From Paraspadella gotoi (Eukaryota; Animalia; Chaetognatha): 64,000 nt of DNA. The number at the start of each line of letters is the position of its first letter. Position 1 is the stretch's first letter. A program made the position numbers and the translations under genes. Below, one piece after another: positions 1 to 11,557 of this stretch. The DNA is taken from contig CM119268.1 of the NCBI GenBank assembly GCA_051294375.1, forward strand, positions 14,023,037 through 14,087,036, in the 5' to 3' direction. A model generated the notes under the pieces. The model had not been told where the DNA came from and ran no database searches. It saw only the letters and a list, made by a program, of their open reading frames with translations.

Positions 1-926
1 TCAGTAAGAGAGAGCTTGCCTCGCGAGCTAGCAAAGAGTCTCCATAACAACCGCGAACTGAAAGTTGTTTCTCATCAACTTAGTGACATCAATAAAGAAA
101 CGGAAAAGTGAAAGCAGACAGGTAAGATAAATTGGTAAGAGAATTCTTGAATCAAAATAAAACAAAATCGAGTCATAAAATCACTGCTTATTTTTCAATT
201 ACGTCCTCCCGCCATAAAATCACTGATCTCTCCAAGGGGATAATTTAAGAGACCGAAATCTCAATTACCACCTCTCACCGGCGAGAAGGCGCCCTGTGGC
301 GGTTCCCACACCACACGCGGGCCGACTGCGGGGCGCTTCGTGATTGTGGAAGAAGTTCACGGGAAAACAGGTGGATTGACGCCATAGGGCAAGAAGAAAA
401 AACATTTTTGAATAGTCAATATGAAATACAGCCTATTCTCGATCCCAACAGAGCTTTATTAACCCATAAACAAACAAAAAATGACCGAAATTCAAGGGTA
501 AAGTAATGCAATAAAGTAAAGAACGAAAAATAAAGGGAAGACGAAATCGAATAAAAAATCAAATATAATGTAACAAGGAAATGAAGGAATTAAAGCTTAA
601 GGCTTCGTTTACCAGGGTGTAACTGAAATATTTATCACTTGACGTGGACTACCGACTTCAAAAAGAGAAATTGCCGTAATTAAGTTAGATCCTCCAAGCC
701 TTACCTTTTTCTGAAAGGCTATTTCACGCGAAAGATAATCGCGAAAGATAACGAGCGGGAGGCAAAAAGAGTTCGATCTATGTCCCGGTAACATTTACTT
801 TTTACGAAAACTATTTTTTTGTAATATTTTCCGGTGGGTTGTCTTGTTTGTGCAAATAAATTCTGGAATAGTTGTGCGAAAAGTATTTCGGGACGTTTAA
901 AAAAATCCGCATTATAGCTGACTCAC

Positions 927-1938
927 CTATTTCAATGATTCTCTGCTTGAAGGAGTGCTGCTTGCTGTGCCAAAACTGCCAGGCCTTTATTTCCTCTTCC
1001 AACGAGCGCTTCTCCCTAAAGCTGACGTAGATAAAGGATTTGGCGACGACGGGGATTTCGTCGATGGGCGACGAGGGGATATACTCCAGAGTCAGTCCGT
1101 AATACTGTCCTGTATGGACGGGGAAATAAATGGGAGTGATAGAAAATTAAAAAAATAAGATATTTACAGGATGATGGAGGCCAAACGTACGGCGCTCGAA
1201 TTCTTGCGTGGAGATAGGACATTCATCGCAACTTTGCAGTCTGTTTATCATCACAAACCACCACCCTCCCCCTTTTTTGTCCATTCCCTTTCATAAATTT
1301 AGGGCTGCCAAAAAGGGGGGGGGGGAAAGCAACTCTCGAAAGCGATAAAGAAAAGCTTTTCCTTCCTCGTAAGGACGGTTCGATTCCCCGGTGACGACGG
1401 AGAGGCCGTGGTCAAGTGGGGAGAAAACCGGGTTTAATGGAAAAGGAGGCTCAAAAGGAAAAGGAGGCTCCAAAAGTATGTTTTCCTTCCTCCGAGGCCA
1501 GTCGGCGAATCGGGTTTTTACCAATAATTTCTTTTTGCTCTACGCGCGAAGTTCGAGAGACTCGCTCCCTTTTTTTTATCGTTAGCGACATTCGAAGACG
1601 TCAATCGTTGTCGAGATGGCCGCTTGTTCATTCGATTTCTCGATGCCCCGTTTTTATCCATTAATTACCTTTTAATTCTCTCTTACCAACCTCCCTCCCC
1701 CCCCCTTATTTGTATTTTTGTATACTGAAAGGTCGAAACGCCTAGTCCCTGCGCGACTCTCACCGACGGACTTATGACGGGAGGGAAGATCGTCGTTCGT
1801 CTCTGTCATTAATTCCGAGTCGTCGACGTCGTCGTCGTCATTGTCCAGAGTCACGGACCGCTGATTACGCATTTCGATTTTAGGTCCCGGGGGAACGAAA
1901 AGCCTTAACGACCTCGAATCTCCATATTCTCAACAGTC

Positions 1939-1976
<38 letters not shown>

Positions 1977-2390
1977 AACGCAACAATTTTAATTCCCTGT
2001 ACGTTTTCATGCGTGCCGTTGTTTTTAAATACTTGATGATGTCATTCTCAAGAAATTTTAAATGGAACCCTTCGCCCCACCTCTATGCAACATTGCATTC
2101 CGCGCCCGTGCGAGTTAGACTAAGCAACATTGAAAGGCGGTAGTGGGAAAAGTTTCTTAACTAACTCATTTTCATTCCTATAAGTTGGAGTAAGAATGAT
2201 TAGCGAAATAATCCGTCGGGAGGAAAGTTATCGCGAGTGAGGTGGTGACACTTGGCTAAGACTTAATGGAGGCCTTCAACGTCGGTGAAATGCTTTCCCG
2301 GGAGAATTTACGTCCAGATCACTTTCTCTTTCCCAATACCTGACTTAGATAAACATTTTTCATACGAATCGCGTCGGTGAGTCAAAATAT

Positions 2391-2456
<66 letters not shown>

Positions 2457-5400
2457 ATCATATGACCGACAATTATTTGAGTCAGTCATGCGTGGATTTA
2501 CGTACAACAAGAAGATTTGAAAAGACAAGCCAACATCACAAGGTATCAGCGTTAATTAGGTTACCCATTTTGTGGCTACGATATGAACAGCCGCGAATAA
2601 AATTGAAAATCTTTTATCTCTCCTTCCCTTTAGAATCTCTACACAAAAAGGTAAGGTCCTGGGCGAAGAATCGAGAAGCAATTAAGTCGGAATGAAAGTT
2701 TTTGAAAAATTGTTCTCAGACACGCAAGGGATCGAAGAGAAACTGGAGACTTTTTTCAGAGTAAACAAACGGCACCTGTGACAGGATTTTTTTTTTGAAT
2801 GAGGGAGAAAGAAAAGAAATACAATTTTTGGGACAAAACCCCGCGTTGTCTTTCGAGGTTGTAGTTGTGATCTGTGAGAGTATAAATAAATATAGAGGTA
2901 AACAGCCTAGATAAATCTGAAACCTCAGACGATCCAATAGTCAAAAATATTCAAGTCACTGAAGATTTACTCGTACTCCGTATACAAAACTTTTAGAGGA
3001 AAACACAGGATTAGTGCTCGTTTTGGACTAACATCAATCAAAGAATGATACCAGGCTAATCATTTTTCAAACAACAAAAAATCATAGAATAGTGAATACA
3101 AAAGTGACGGGGGGGGGGGGGGGAAGGGAGAGAAAAGAGAATTAGAAATTAAAAAAAATGTTGATGCTATATGTGGCTCTTATTTTCGTAAAGCTCAATG
3201 CACTGACATTTAAATTTAAATTTGAGAACACACAAGCCGTCTCACCTTTGTTGATGTAGGTGATGGCGTCATCGTTTCTCGGTTGGTTGGTGGAGACAGG
3301 CGAGTCGAGGCAGTAGCGGAAACCCCCCTGGAAGGGTTCAATCTTTTCGATCTTCACAGACGGAACCGTGGGATGTTTCGCCTTCAGCGCTGCTGCCCTG
3401 GCGACGGCATTGGCGGAACGTCGGGATCGGACCTAGTAGGTTTTCATTCCCCTTGAATTGCATCGAATGACAAGAGTATTTCATAATGAGAAACTTACCT
3501 CGCCCTCTTCCAGTTGCGAATCGGCCACCATAGCAGTGTGATAGACCTGTTGCTGCTGGTGCTGTAGTGGTTGTGGTTGTTGCTGTATCTCCTGATGAGG
3601 CACAACCGACGGAAGCTGCTGAGTCAACTGTTGCGTTAGAATGAGCTGCTTCGGAGGTGAGGAAACTACACCATCGGAGGACCCCGCAGCGAACGCTTCA
3701 CCGTTGTTCGCGTATATGAGATCCATGCCGGCATTGGAAGAGTAAAGCAGAGGGGTCAGGGACGTCAGTGTGGCGTTGGACCTTGCACCTTAAAATGAAA
3801 GAAAATGAGTTTGATAAACATCTGCTTTGTCGTTGTCGTTACAATTGGCTCGAGGCACTCTAAAACAAAGCTCAGACTTACCTGACACGGCGTTGCTGTG
3901 ATAATAAAACTCCTTGGGGTCGCCATAAGACGAATCAAGTTGATCTCCCGAGGCCTCTTCTGATGACGTCAGCGGAGTCGCACTTTTGAGAATAGTGAAA
4001 TGTTTTTCGGTGGGTTTAGGCGAGGCGGCGTTGACGGGAAGGATAACGGAAGGGGCGGAAGACGTGGGCGTGGAAGATCCGAATGTCCCAAGGGACGAGT
4101 TATAAAAGACCACCTGAGGTTCGAGCTGCTGATTGGCGTTGGCGCTGGATGTACCACCGCCCGCGGCGCCGTTCAGCCCGACCGAGGGAGTTATGACGGT
4201 TGAGGCGAATATGGGCTGGATCTTGTTGGCGCTGCTGGGAGTAATGACGCGAACGGCCTCAGCCGGTGTAAGGAAGTACTCGGTTCTTGTTTCGCTCTGT
4301 CGCTCGTGTTGTTGCTGCTGGTGCTGCTGCAAAGAAGCGATGCTGTTTTGGTTTTCGTCTCGCTTCTCGACTTTGACATCCGCACCCCCGACAGCAATGG
4401 TCGATGGCGCTGCAGCCAGCTTAGTGGGAGACACGACTCGAGGAACCGACAAGAGCGAAGTCAGCGGCTTTTGAACTGAGAGATCCATGGCGGGCTCCAT
4501 AGTGGAAGACGAGCTGAAATTTAACAGCAAGGACAGTGGGGAGGCGGGGGCGGGGCGGGTCGAGAATCGGTAAACTAATTACATTAGGAGAATGAAGAGA
4601 AAGGTTAATCTTTACAAAAATAGATCCTTTTAAAATTTCTTCAGCCCTTTCTTCATAAATTCTAAGTAATTTCTTTTTTAACTGCATGCAGAGCAATGGC
4701 TTTTTATTTTATTGGAGATGGAGGCGTTAGTTTCAAACATTTCGCGAAGAATTGTCGGGCCTTCGGCCAAGCATTTTACCAGATACTGAATCGAATAAAT
4801 CAGTCAGTACCTGATGTAATACTCAACCGACGACGTTGAGTGCTTTTTTTTTAGATTCTGTTTTTATCGCTTTGTGGTTTCGAAAATTCCGACGCGTGGG
4901 GACGAGAAAACGAAGAGCATTAGCACCAGACACTGAGGAACGGCGGGAAAACAATCTCAGTACCTGATTAAATACTCAGCGCTGCATCGACAATCTAAAG
5001 ATTATTTTTTCTCGGTGAGGTTTGACGGTTTTTTTGTTTTGTTTTTTTTTTACTACTAAAGGCTAACTTCATCTTAATATAATCTTCCCATCTCCTCTCA
5101 ATGAGACTCATGCCTCATTTATTTACAAAGACTATCTCGAACCTCAAGGCGTCATTGGTCAAGGCCTGGGCGGCGACTTGCGCCTCGTTGGTGTTTAGCT
5201 CGTTCCCAGCGAACTTATTGAAGTCGTAGAGCAAAGACGTTTCTTTGGAGGAAGAAGACGTGGAAGATTCGAGCCCCGCCGTCGTGAGAGGATGTTCGAA
5301 GTAGGCCCGAAGTCCCGCGTCCGTCAGATCCGAAGACGACGACGACGGGCCCTCGCCACCTAAATAAGGGGTAGTTGGAATATTGGGCGAAAATGGAGAA

Positions 5401-6132
5401 AAAGGAAAAAATAAAGAAAACCCAGCGGATGAAAGAAAAGAAAAGAAAACACAGAAAGTAACGAAAGAAAAAAAGAACAGCCGAAAAGAAAAAAAAAAGA
5501 AAACGCAGCCGAATAAAAAAAAAACAGCAGAACAGAAAGAAAACGGCATAAAAAAGAAAAAGAAATAAAACAATATAAAAAAAATAGAAAAAACGCAGCA
5601 AAGAAAAAAATAAGAATAAGAATGAAAAGTGAAAAATCGAAAATCCTTTAAATACAGTGAGTCACGCGAGAACCAAAGATAAGTTCGATCGATTGCAAGG
5701 GCAGAAACGAAACGAAACGAAAGCAAAGGTGGAAGAGATATATAAGCCGAAAATCGATCGTAGCCCCCCCCACCAAAAAAAAAAAAATGGGTCGTCGAAT
5801 GCAGGATCATTCGGTAACAATGGCTATATAATATATATATATATATGCTTATTATAGTACATAATACTAAAACTTAGTGAAAGCACGGCCTGTTAAATAC
5901 CAATTTGAAGGAAAAACTTTAAATCATTAGTCCCACCTTTAGTTATAAGGTGGATTGGAGGCAGAGTGGCGGAGGGTGGCGGAGTGGGTAAGGTGGACTG
6001 AGTGTTCGATTCTCTCCCCGCAAATACGTCATCCCGGAGCTCCGCTCGCTCTTGCGTTGACGATGGTGCCAGCACGGGGTCTTCGGGCGTGCGCAATTGA
6101 TCCGAATACGTCCTGTCGGTCGAAACGCTCAT
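927..6132 (-). CDS. grh: Grainyhead-like transcription factor, paralogue A (5' part only; the rest lies before window position 1)
   Basis: GT-AG exons join in frame: 6132-5937 (putative ATG), 5359-5143, 4513-3882, 3788-3499, 3432-3246, 1109-927. They encode the N-terminal Grh motif LRAYFEHPLTTA and the start of the CP2/Grh DNA-binding domain ([35 protein letters not shown]...EEEIKAWQFWHSKQHSFKQRIIEI). The start codon is uncertain. Confidence 0.88.
1942..1972. repeat. (GA)n microsatellite
   Basis: Pure GA run in a grh-A intron. Confidence 0.95.
2391..2452. repeat. (GA)n microsatellite
   Basis: About 60 bp GA run with one interruption. Confidence 0.95.
4763..4830 (-). ncRNA. mir-12: pre-miRNA, MIR-12 family (copy 1)
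   Basis: Minus strand 4825-4804 reads UGAGUAUUACAUCAGGUACUGA, matching mature miR-12 as I recall it (UGAGUAUUACAUCAGGUACUGGU). It pairs with the 3p arm UCAGUAUCUGGUAAAAUGCUUG (4789-4768) across a short loop, with a lower stem UCGG/CCGA. Confidence 0.92.
4911..4981 (-). ncRNA. mir-12: pre-miRNA, MIR-12 family (copy 2, variant)
   Basis: Minus strand 4978-4957 reads UGAGUAUUUAAUCAGGUACUGA, with the same seed and 2 central changes from copy 1. It pairs with the 3p arm UCAGUGUCUGGUGCUAAUGCUC (4936-4915). Confidence 0.88.
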
Positions 6133-8103
6133 ATTTATCAGGCGAGAAAATCGAGAATTAGACAGCGCCCCCGCACGTGCCAAAACCTTTGAATAAACGC
6201 GCACGAAATGAAGTTTTTTAGTTAGAAATTACATTTGTAGCGAAAGGCAATAATTCTTAGTCCCCACATATCGTGTTCGTAGTAGCAGAAAAACGGGGGA
6301 AAATCCAAACTAAAGGCTCAATACGTCGCGCCAAGTTGCCTCAACGGATCGGGAAAAACTTGTCGGACGACTTTCGACTCAGTCTAAATCATTTCAAAGA
6401 CCGAAGAAACGCAAATGAAAGCTCACGAGGATAATTATCGTTCAATTTTAAATCTTATCTTCTCAACGCACTCAATTTAGTTTTGGTATGAATGACACCC
6501 ATTTGATGAAGATTTCTCACGGTGGCGCTTTTTATTTAAAAGTGCCCGTATGTCCGTTCGTACAGGAAACATTGAATTAACTAATAAAATTGGTAAACCA
6601 ATATAAAAATTATCCATTCATTTAATAAATAAGCTATCTTGCCCCTGAATTTGGACAAGCTTTGGTGGTTTAAGGCCTCCATCAATCTTACAAGATAATG
6701 ACATCGCAAGTACCTACAAGCTTTCAACCAAGACTGTCAGTCTCTTTTATTCACTCGCATATGATTATAAGTCATTATAATTATAAGTTGCCTTCGAAAA
6801 ACAAAAAGATTTCATTTTGTAAATTAGATAGTATTGTTTTCACTTTCATCCCAAACAATCATAAACCAATGATCGTGCCTGGCGACCATCGGTTGTCCGG
6901 AGACGCCAATCCTCGAATTGTGAATGGGGTCACATTCGCTTCGGGCACAATGGTCCGCTAGAACTCTGCCGATAGTCAGACGATGAAAAGGACGATACCA
7001 CCGAAACACGAGAGCTGTCCGTCTTTCATAGGAAGTACGCGGTTGAAGAGGAGGTGAAAGAGGAGCGAAAAAAAGTGGCCCTTTGAGTCGCGGGTCAAGC
7101 AATAAAATGAGGGAAAAGAGGGAGGAGAAAGAATGAAACGAATACGCAGTGCAGGTGAGGCCATGTCTCGAATTGGACACTGATCGTCAGGGGGCCGACG
7201 ACTATACGAAAATTTTGGCGCCAAGGTAAAATTCATGATCGACAACCTTTGAGTTGGCCAGAGAGACAAAGACTTCGAGCGACTGAGATAAAAATTATTA
7301 TAGTGTTGCCTAAACAAATATTTGGTTACCACCTTTATATATAAGTCTGTTTATTGTTGATGATGCTATTTATGCCCGTATTAAACTTTAAATATAAAAT
7401 ATTATTCTTTTTATATATCAAACAAGTAGCTGCCCCAATACATGTAAACTAATTTACAGTAATTTTTTTTTTATTAATAAAAAATTGAAACTTGCTATTA
7501 TTTCATCGCTTACGCGATTTACAACCAAATTGATTATAATTGAATTTTTAGTTTGTATTAACTTTTTTTAATTATTTTAAAATAAAACAAACAAAAAATA
7601 TTTAACATTGGGCCCGAGGAGTGAGAATTCAAAATCCGAAACCGCGAAAAGAATTGGAAGAACAGATTGACTTGAGAGTTAAAAAGGATTTATTATGATC
7701 TATTATAATCATGCTTAATCACGTTCTCGACGGATCGTTCCACTGAATCAAAAAAAATTTGTATAAAAATAAATTAGCATCGTGAAAAAAAACACTCAAA
7801 AATGGAACGCAGATCCTTCCCATTGATGAGCTGAATCAAACAATGGATTCCTATATCATATTTCTCAGAGCGCACTGGATCAGAACTCGGAGGTACATGC
7901 TAAGTCTGGTTGAAATGAGTTGTCATTGGGAAAAAATCGAGGGCAAATCACGCAAAAATAAAGGAACCTACAAAATAAAAATCACATTTAATTTTTAGCT
8001 TAATTCCGAAAGTTAAGACGAAATTAAAATTAAGATATATAGTAAAGTTACTTGAAGAATAGCCGTTAATTGCTGTCAAATAAGGTTAAGTCATCGTCAC
8101 ATA

Positions 8104-8992
8104 CACGGGTGGGACCATATATCGAGACAAAATTTAAAGAATCATTAATCTAAAATCTCAATAAATATTCGTATAATACTCTTTCAAAGATTTTAACCGA
8201 AATATTGTTTTAAAATTTTTTGATAAATTTTTTTTTTATTTTTTATTTTTTGATGCAGCAAATACAGCAAAGTTTTCTCCACGGGGTTTGGAAGAAAAAT
8301 GTTTGAATATTTATTGTTTAATCTCATTCTCATTCTCACAGTTAAAAATATTTTTGGAAGTACTTATTTGTAATATAATAATGCCTCTGGCAAGGTATAT
8401 ATTGCATTTTGGTTAAAAAATATTGAAGCAAGCAAAGTTCGGGTAAGTTACTGTTATGATTTAATTTTTATTAAAACTTACTTTTATCAAAAAAATTAAT
8501 AACAATATTGTCAGATAATTAAATTAATCATGTAAGATTTCTGCATGCATAATAAAAGAGTCAAAATGGTAAGAAATAATATTTGACGTATGTGACGATT
8601 TAAGCATATTCATTAAAATCTTCCTAAAATTTTGCTTTACTTACCTGAAAAAATAATAAATAAGTTTAATTTGGAAAGTGATGAAAAGCTTAAAATCAGG
8701 TGAATTAAAGATAAGACATAACAGTTTTTAATACTGTCACGTTTAGAAATGACCACTGAAAAATATTAACAAGTATGGCTTTTATTGTATGCAAGACAAT
8801 GCGCGCGCATAAAAATGACAATATTTTGAAAACATCCACGACGCCTTGGAGTTGCTGAAATTTTTTTTTGTTTCATTGCATATAAAAGTGAAAACCCCCC
8901 AAAATGTTTGCCACCCATTTTATTATTGTATCTCAAATCATTCAGACAGGGCAGGACGTTAAGTTTTGTCTCGATATAGGGTCCCACCCCTG
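8104..8992. mobile_element. Non-autonomous Tc1/mariner-type element (MITE), ~890 bp
   Basis: TIRs CACGGGTGGGACCATATATCGAGACAAAA and TTTTGTCTCGATATAGGGTCCCACCCCTG, flanked by TA at 8102-8103 and 8993-8994. No transposase ORF. Confidence 0.85.
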
Positions 8993-9202
8993 TATAATTC
9001 AGTTCCAACTTACTTCTCATGTCGCGTTCTTAGTAGTCTCTTCATAAGTTCTTAATTTTTTTCCTGAGAACTTTTGAAAAACAAAAAATTAAAAAGCGTT
9101 TTTTTCGAATCCCATAGAGTGATTTCATAGTTCTGTAATTTAGTGGTGTGATATGAGGGCACGAGGGTCGCCATGACGACGCCGTTGAGAATCGAGTGGA
9201 AA

Positions 9203-9495
9203 AACCGGTATTTCGGTTCCGCAGAACCGGATCGACCAGTTCAGTATTTCGTGGTATTTCCTTTCGAACAAGATTTGGACTACCTGATAGTTTAATAAGC
9301 GGAATTTTTCAAAATTGACGCCTCCTTAAGTAACAGAAGGAAAAGGGAATACATATTTTAAATTTAAAGCTAACAAAAAATATTCAAAGTGTGACGCTCT
9401 ATATATATAGCGAGGGGTAACCAGTCCTGAAGTCTTTTCGCGCACTATAGAATTCTTTATTCGCATCGAGTCAAAACAGGTTTGCCAAACCGGTT
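9203..9495. promoter_or_regulatory. Grainyhead-type binding motifs (cluster 1)
   Basis: AACCGGTA 9203, AACCGGAT 9225, GACCAGTT 9234, AACAGGTT 9475 and a perfect AACCGGTT at 9488. The Grh consensus is AACCGGTT. Confidence 0.5.
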
Positions 9496-9871
9496 GTACA
9501 GCATCTAGAAGATAGCACAAGGAAAAAAAACCGAAACAAAAATCTTTTGGAATATTGATACGTTAAAAATCACGCTTGCGAAACTTCGAAAATAATTTTC
9601 CTTTTATCCGTAATAATGGTCTCAGACTCTCAGCAGGGGACATAAACCGTTTTGAATATCAAAAACCCGCGGTATAGGCTGAATATTGAACAAAACTTTC
9701 AAAATATAAGAGAGCAGAGGGACTTGGAAAAAAATTATGAAAAAACAAAATGATTTAATTATTTCTCGACTCGGACCAAAAAATGAATTCGCAAGTTGTT
9801 CAGCTATAAGCCAGAAATATTGACTAGTTGGTCGGTCTATCAAAAAACTTTCAATGATATGTTAAATTTTA

Positions 9872-10490
9872 AACAACTTAACTATTATACGAAATATGCC
9901 GTATTCACTTACTGATCACGTGACAGATGTGTGATCACGTGACTACACCAGTATAAAACGTATGCACAAAAAAATATTTACTAATTTATAAAATATTTTA
10001 TTAACATGCCTAATACTAAGTATCAACTAAAATGATTCAGTATTTAATTAATTCTAGCGCATTAAATTTTAGGTCATGTGATTACTTCAGGTGATCACGT
10101 GACTACATAAGTATGATACATATGTACATAAAAGGATTTATGGCACTTTATTTCTTATAAAATATATATTTGATTGGCATAATTTTCATTTTACCAACTA
10201 GGGTTAGGGGAGGTTAAGGGTAAGGGGTAGTTAAGGGTTAGGGGTAGTTTGAAAGTAGTTTAAGGTGGTTAGGGTTAAGGGTGGTTAAGGTTAAGGGGGT
10301 TTAGGGATAAAATAATTAGGTAATAATCTTTTTAGTAATGAAATTTTGTTCCAGTGTTATTCAAAAGAAACCAAAATTTTACCATTTAATTTATCAAGTT
10401 ATAACCGAATTATAATTATTATATATAGGTGGGTCAGACATACCTACCGACCGATCGAAAAGTTGCTCCGTGAGTACTCGGATCGTAACT
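9872..10490 (-). mobile_element. Helentron/HINE-like non-autonomous element with a telomere-like G-rich tract
   Basis: Terminal imperfect palindrome AGTTGCTCCGTGAGTACTCGGATCGTAACT (10461-10490), with related copies at 51883-51912 and ~60520-60580. It also has a duplicated TGATCACGTGACTACA unit and a degenerate TTAGGG/TTAAGGG tract at 10199-10306. The left boundary is approximate. Confidence 0.5.
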
Positions 10491-11455
10491 AATAAATCAC
10501 AGCATTTGAATAAAATATTTATCCTTTTAATATCTTCCAAATAAAAGGAAAAAACGTTTTAATTAAATATCTTTTAGTCAAAAAAGTAATAAAAACTTTT
10601 TTAAAAAATTACGATTACTAGAAATATAACAATTTTTGGTAACGAAACTTGATTTAACACATTGAAAGAAATCGTCCTCTGAATTATTGGTTTGTTTATG
10701 CTTATGTTTATGTTTTTTTATGGGTCCCATTAACTATCGAAACACAATATTGAGGAATTTAAAAATTTATAACCTCAGCATGATAATTTTATCCCGAAAA
10801 GTTTAATTTACGGTAACAAAGTCTTACATGAGACCCACCTGAAGACGAAAGGAACGCAAAGATTATGTTTGTAGAGAACAATAACTTTAGTGGCGTTGAG
10901 GACCATTGTAATATTTTTTTAAAAATGAAACGAGTAAAATTTGAATCGAAGAACCTAACGCGACTGAAAACAGAGAAAAGCTTATTGAAATGCATCGTGA
11001 AAAAAAGGATTGAGGTGACGCAACGGCTGGAGACTCGAGCGACTGAACTTTTATGCAAGAGGTGAGGAAGGAATCGATTCTTGAGAAGACAAACAAAACC
11101 GAGAGCGAGAGCCTTATTTTTTATTTTCTTTATTTTTTCCCCTTTTTTGCCGCCAAATCCTTGGGTAGGAAATAAGAGCGGATAATTTAACTCTTAAAAA
11201 CTTACCAATCATTTCAGTAGTTCTATATTAATAAAAAAATGATTTTGCTAAAAATGACTAATGGAAAACGAGATTAAATGATAAACAAATACCATGATTC
11301 AATTCATAAAAAAGTTCTACATTATGACAAAAACAATTTATAAACTTACGTGATTGTATATGTGTATACAGAAAGCTGTTGAGGCGGAAATGAAAAAGTA
11401 GCCATTTTAAAAATAATTCCGGAAACAGCTGAGAGCGGGTAAAAATAGAAGGTCA

Positions 11456-11557
11456 AACCAGTTCACATTGACAGGTTTTTTATAACCAAACAAGGTAGGA
11501 ATAGCAAACTGGTAATGGACAGGTTAAATACAGGTTTTTCGGGAATGGCATCCAGTT
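11456..11557. promoter_or_regulatory. Grainyhead-type binding motifs (cluster 2), putative enhancer
   Basis: Six near-consensus sites in ~100 bp: AACCAGTT 11456, GACAGGTT 11470, AACTGGTA 11507, GACAGGTT 11518, TACAGGTT 11529, ATCCAGTT 11550. Confidence 0.55.

Noticed and set aside
5115-5810. 231-aa, 128-aa and 61-aa Phe- or Lys-rich ORFs
   Set aside because: They are translations of an A-rich low-complexity tract in a grh-A intron. Only 5359-5143 is a real exon.
10199-10306. Possible telomere or fusion site
   Set aside because: Short, highly degenerate, in one orientation only, and embedded in a dispersed-repeat-like element.
10838-10855. CTGAAGA-C-GAAA resembling a hammerhead ribozyme core
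   Set aside because: There is no stem II between the motifs and no convincing flanking stems or cleavage triplet.
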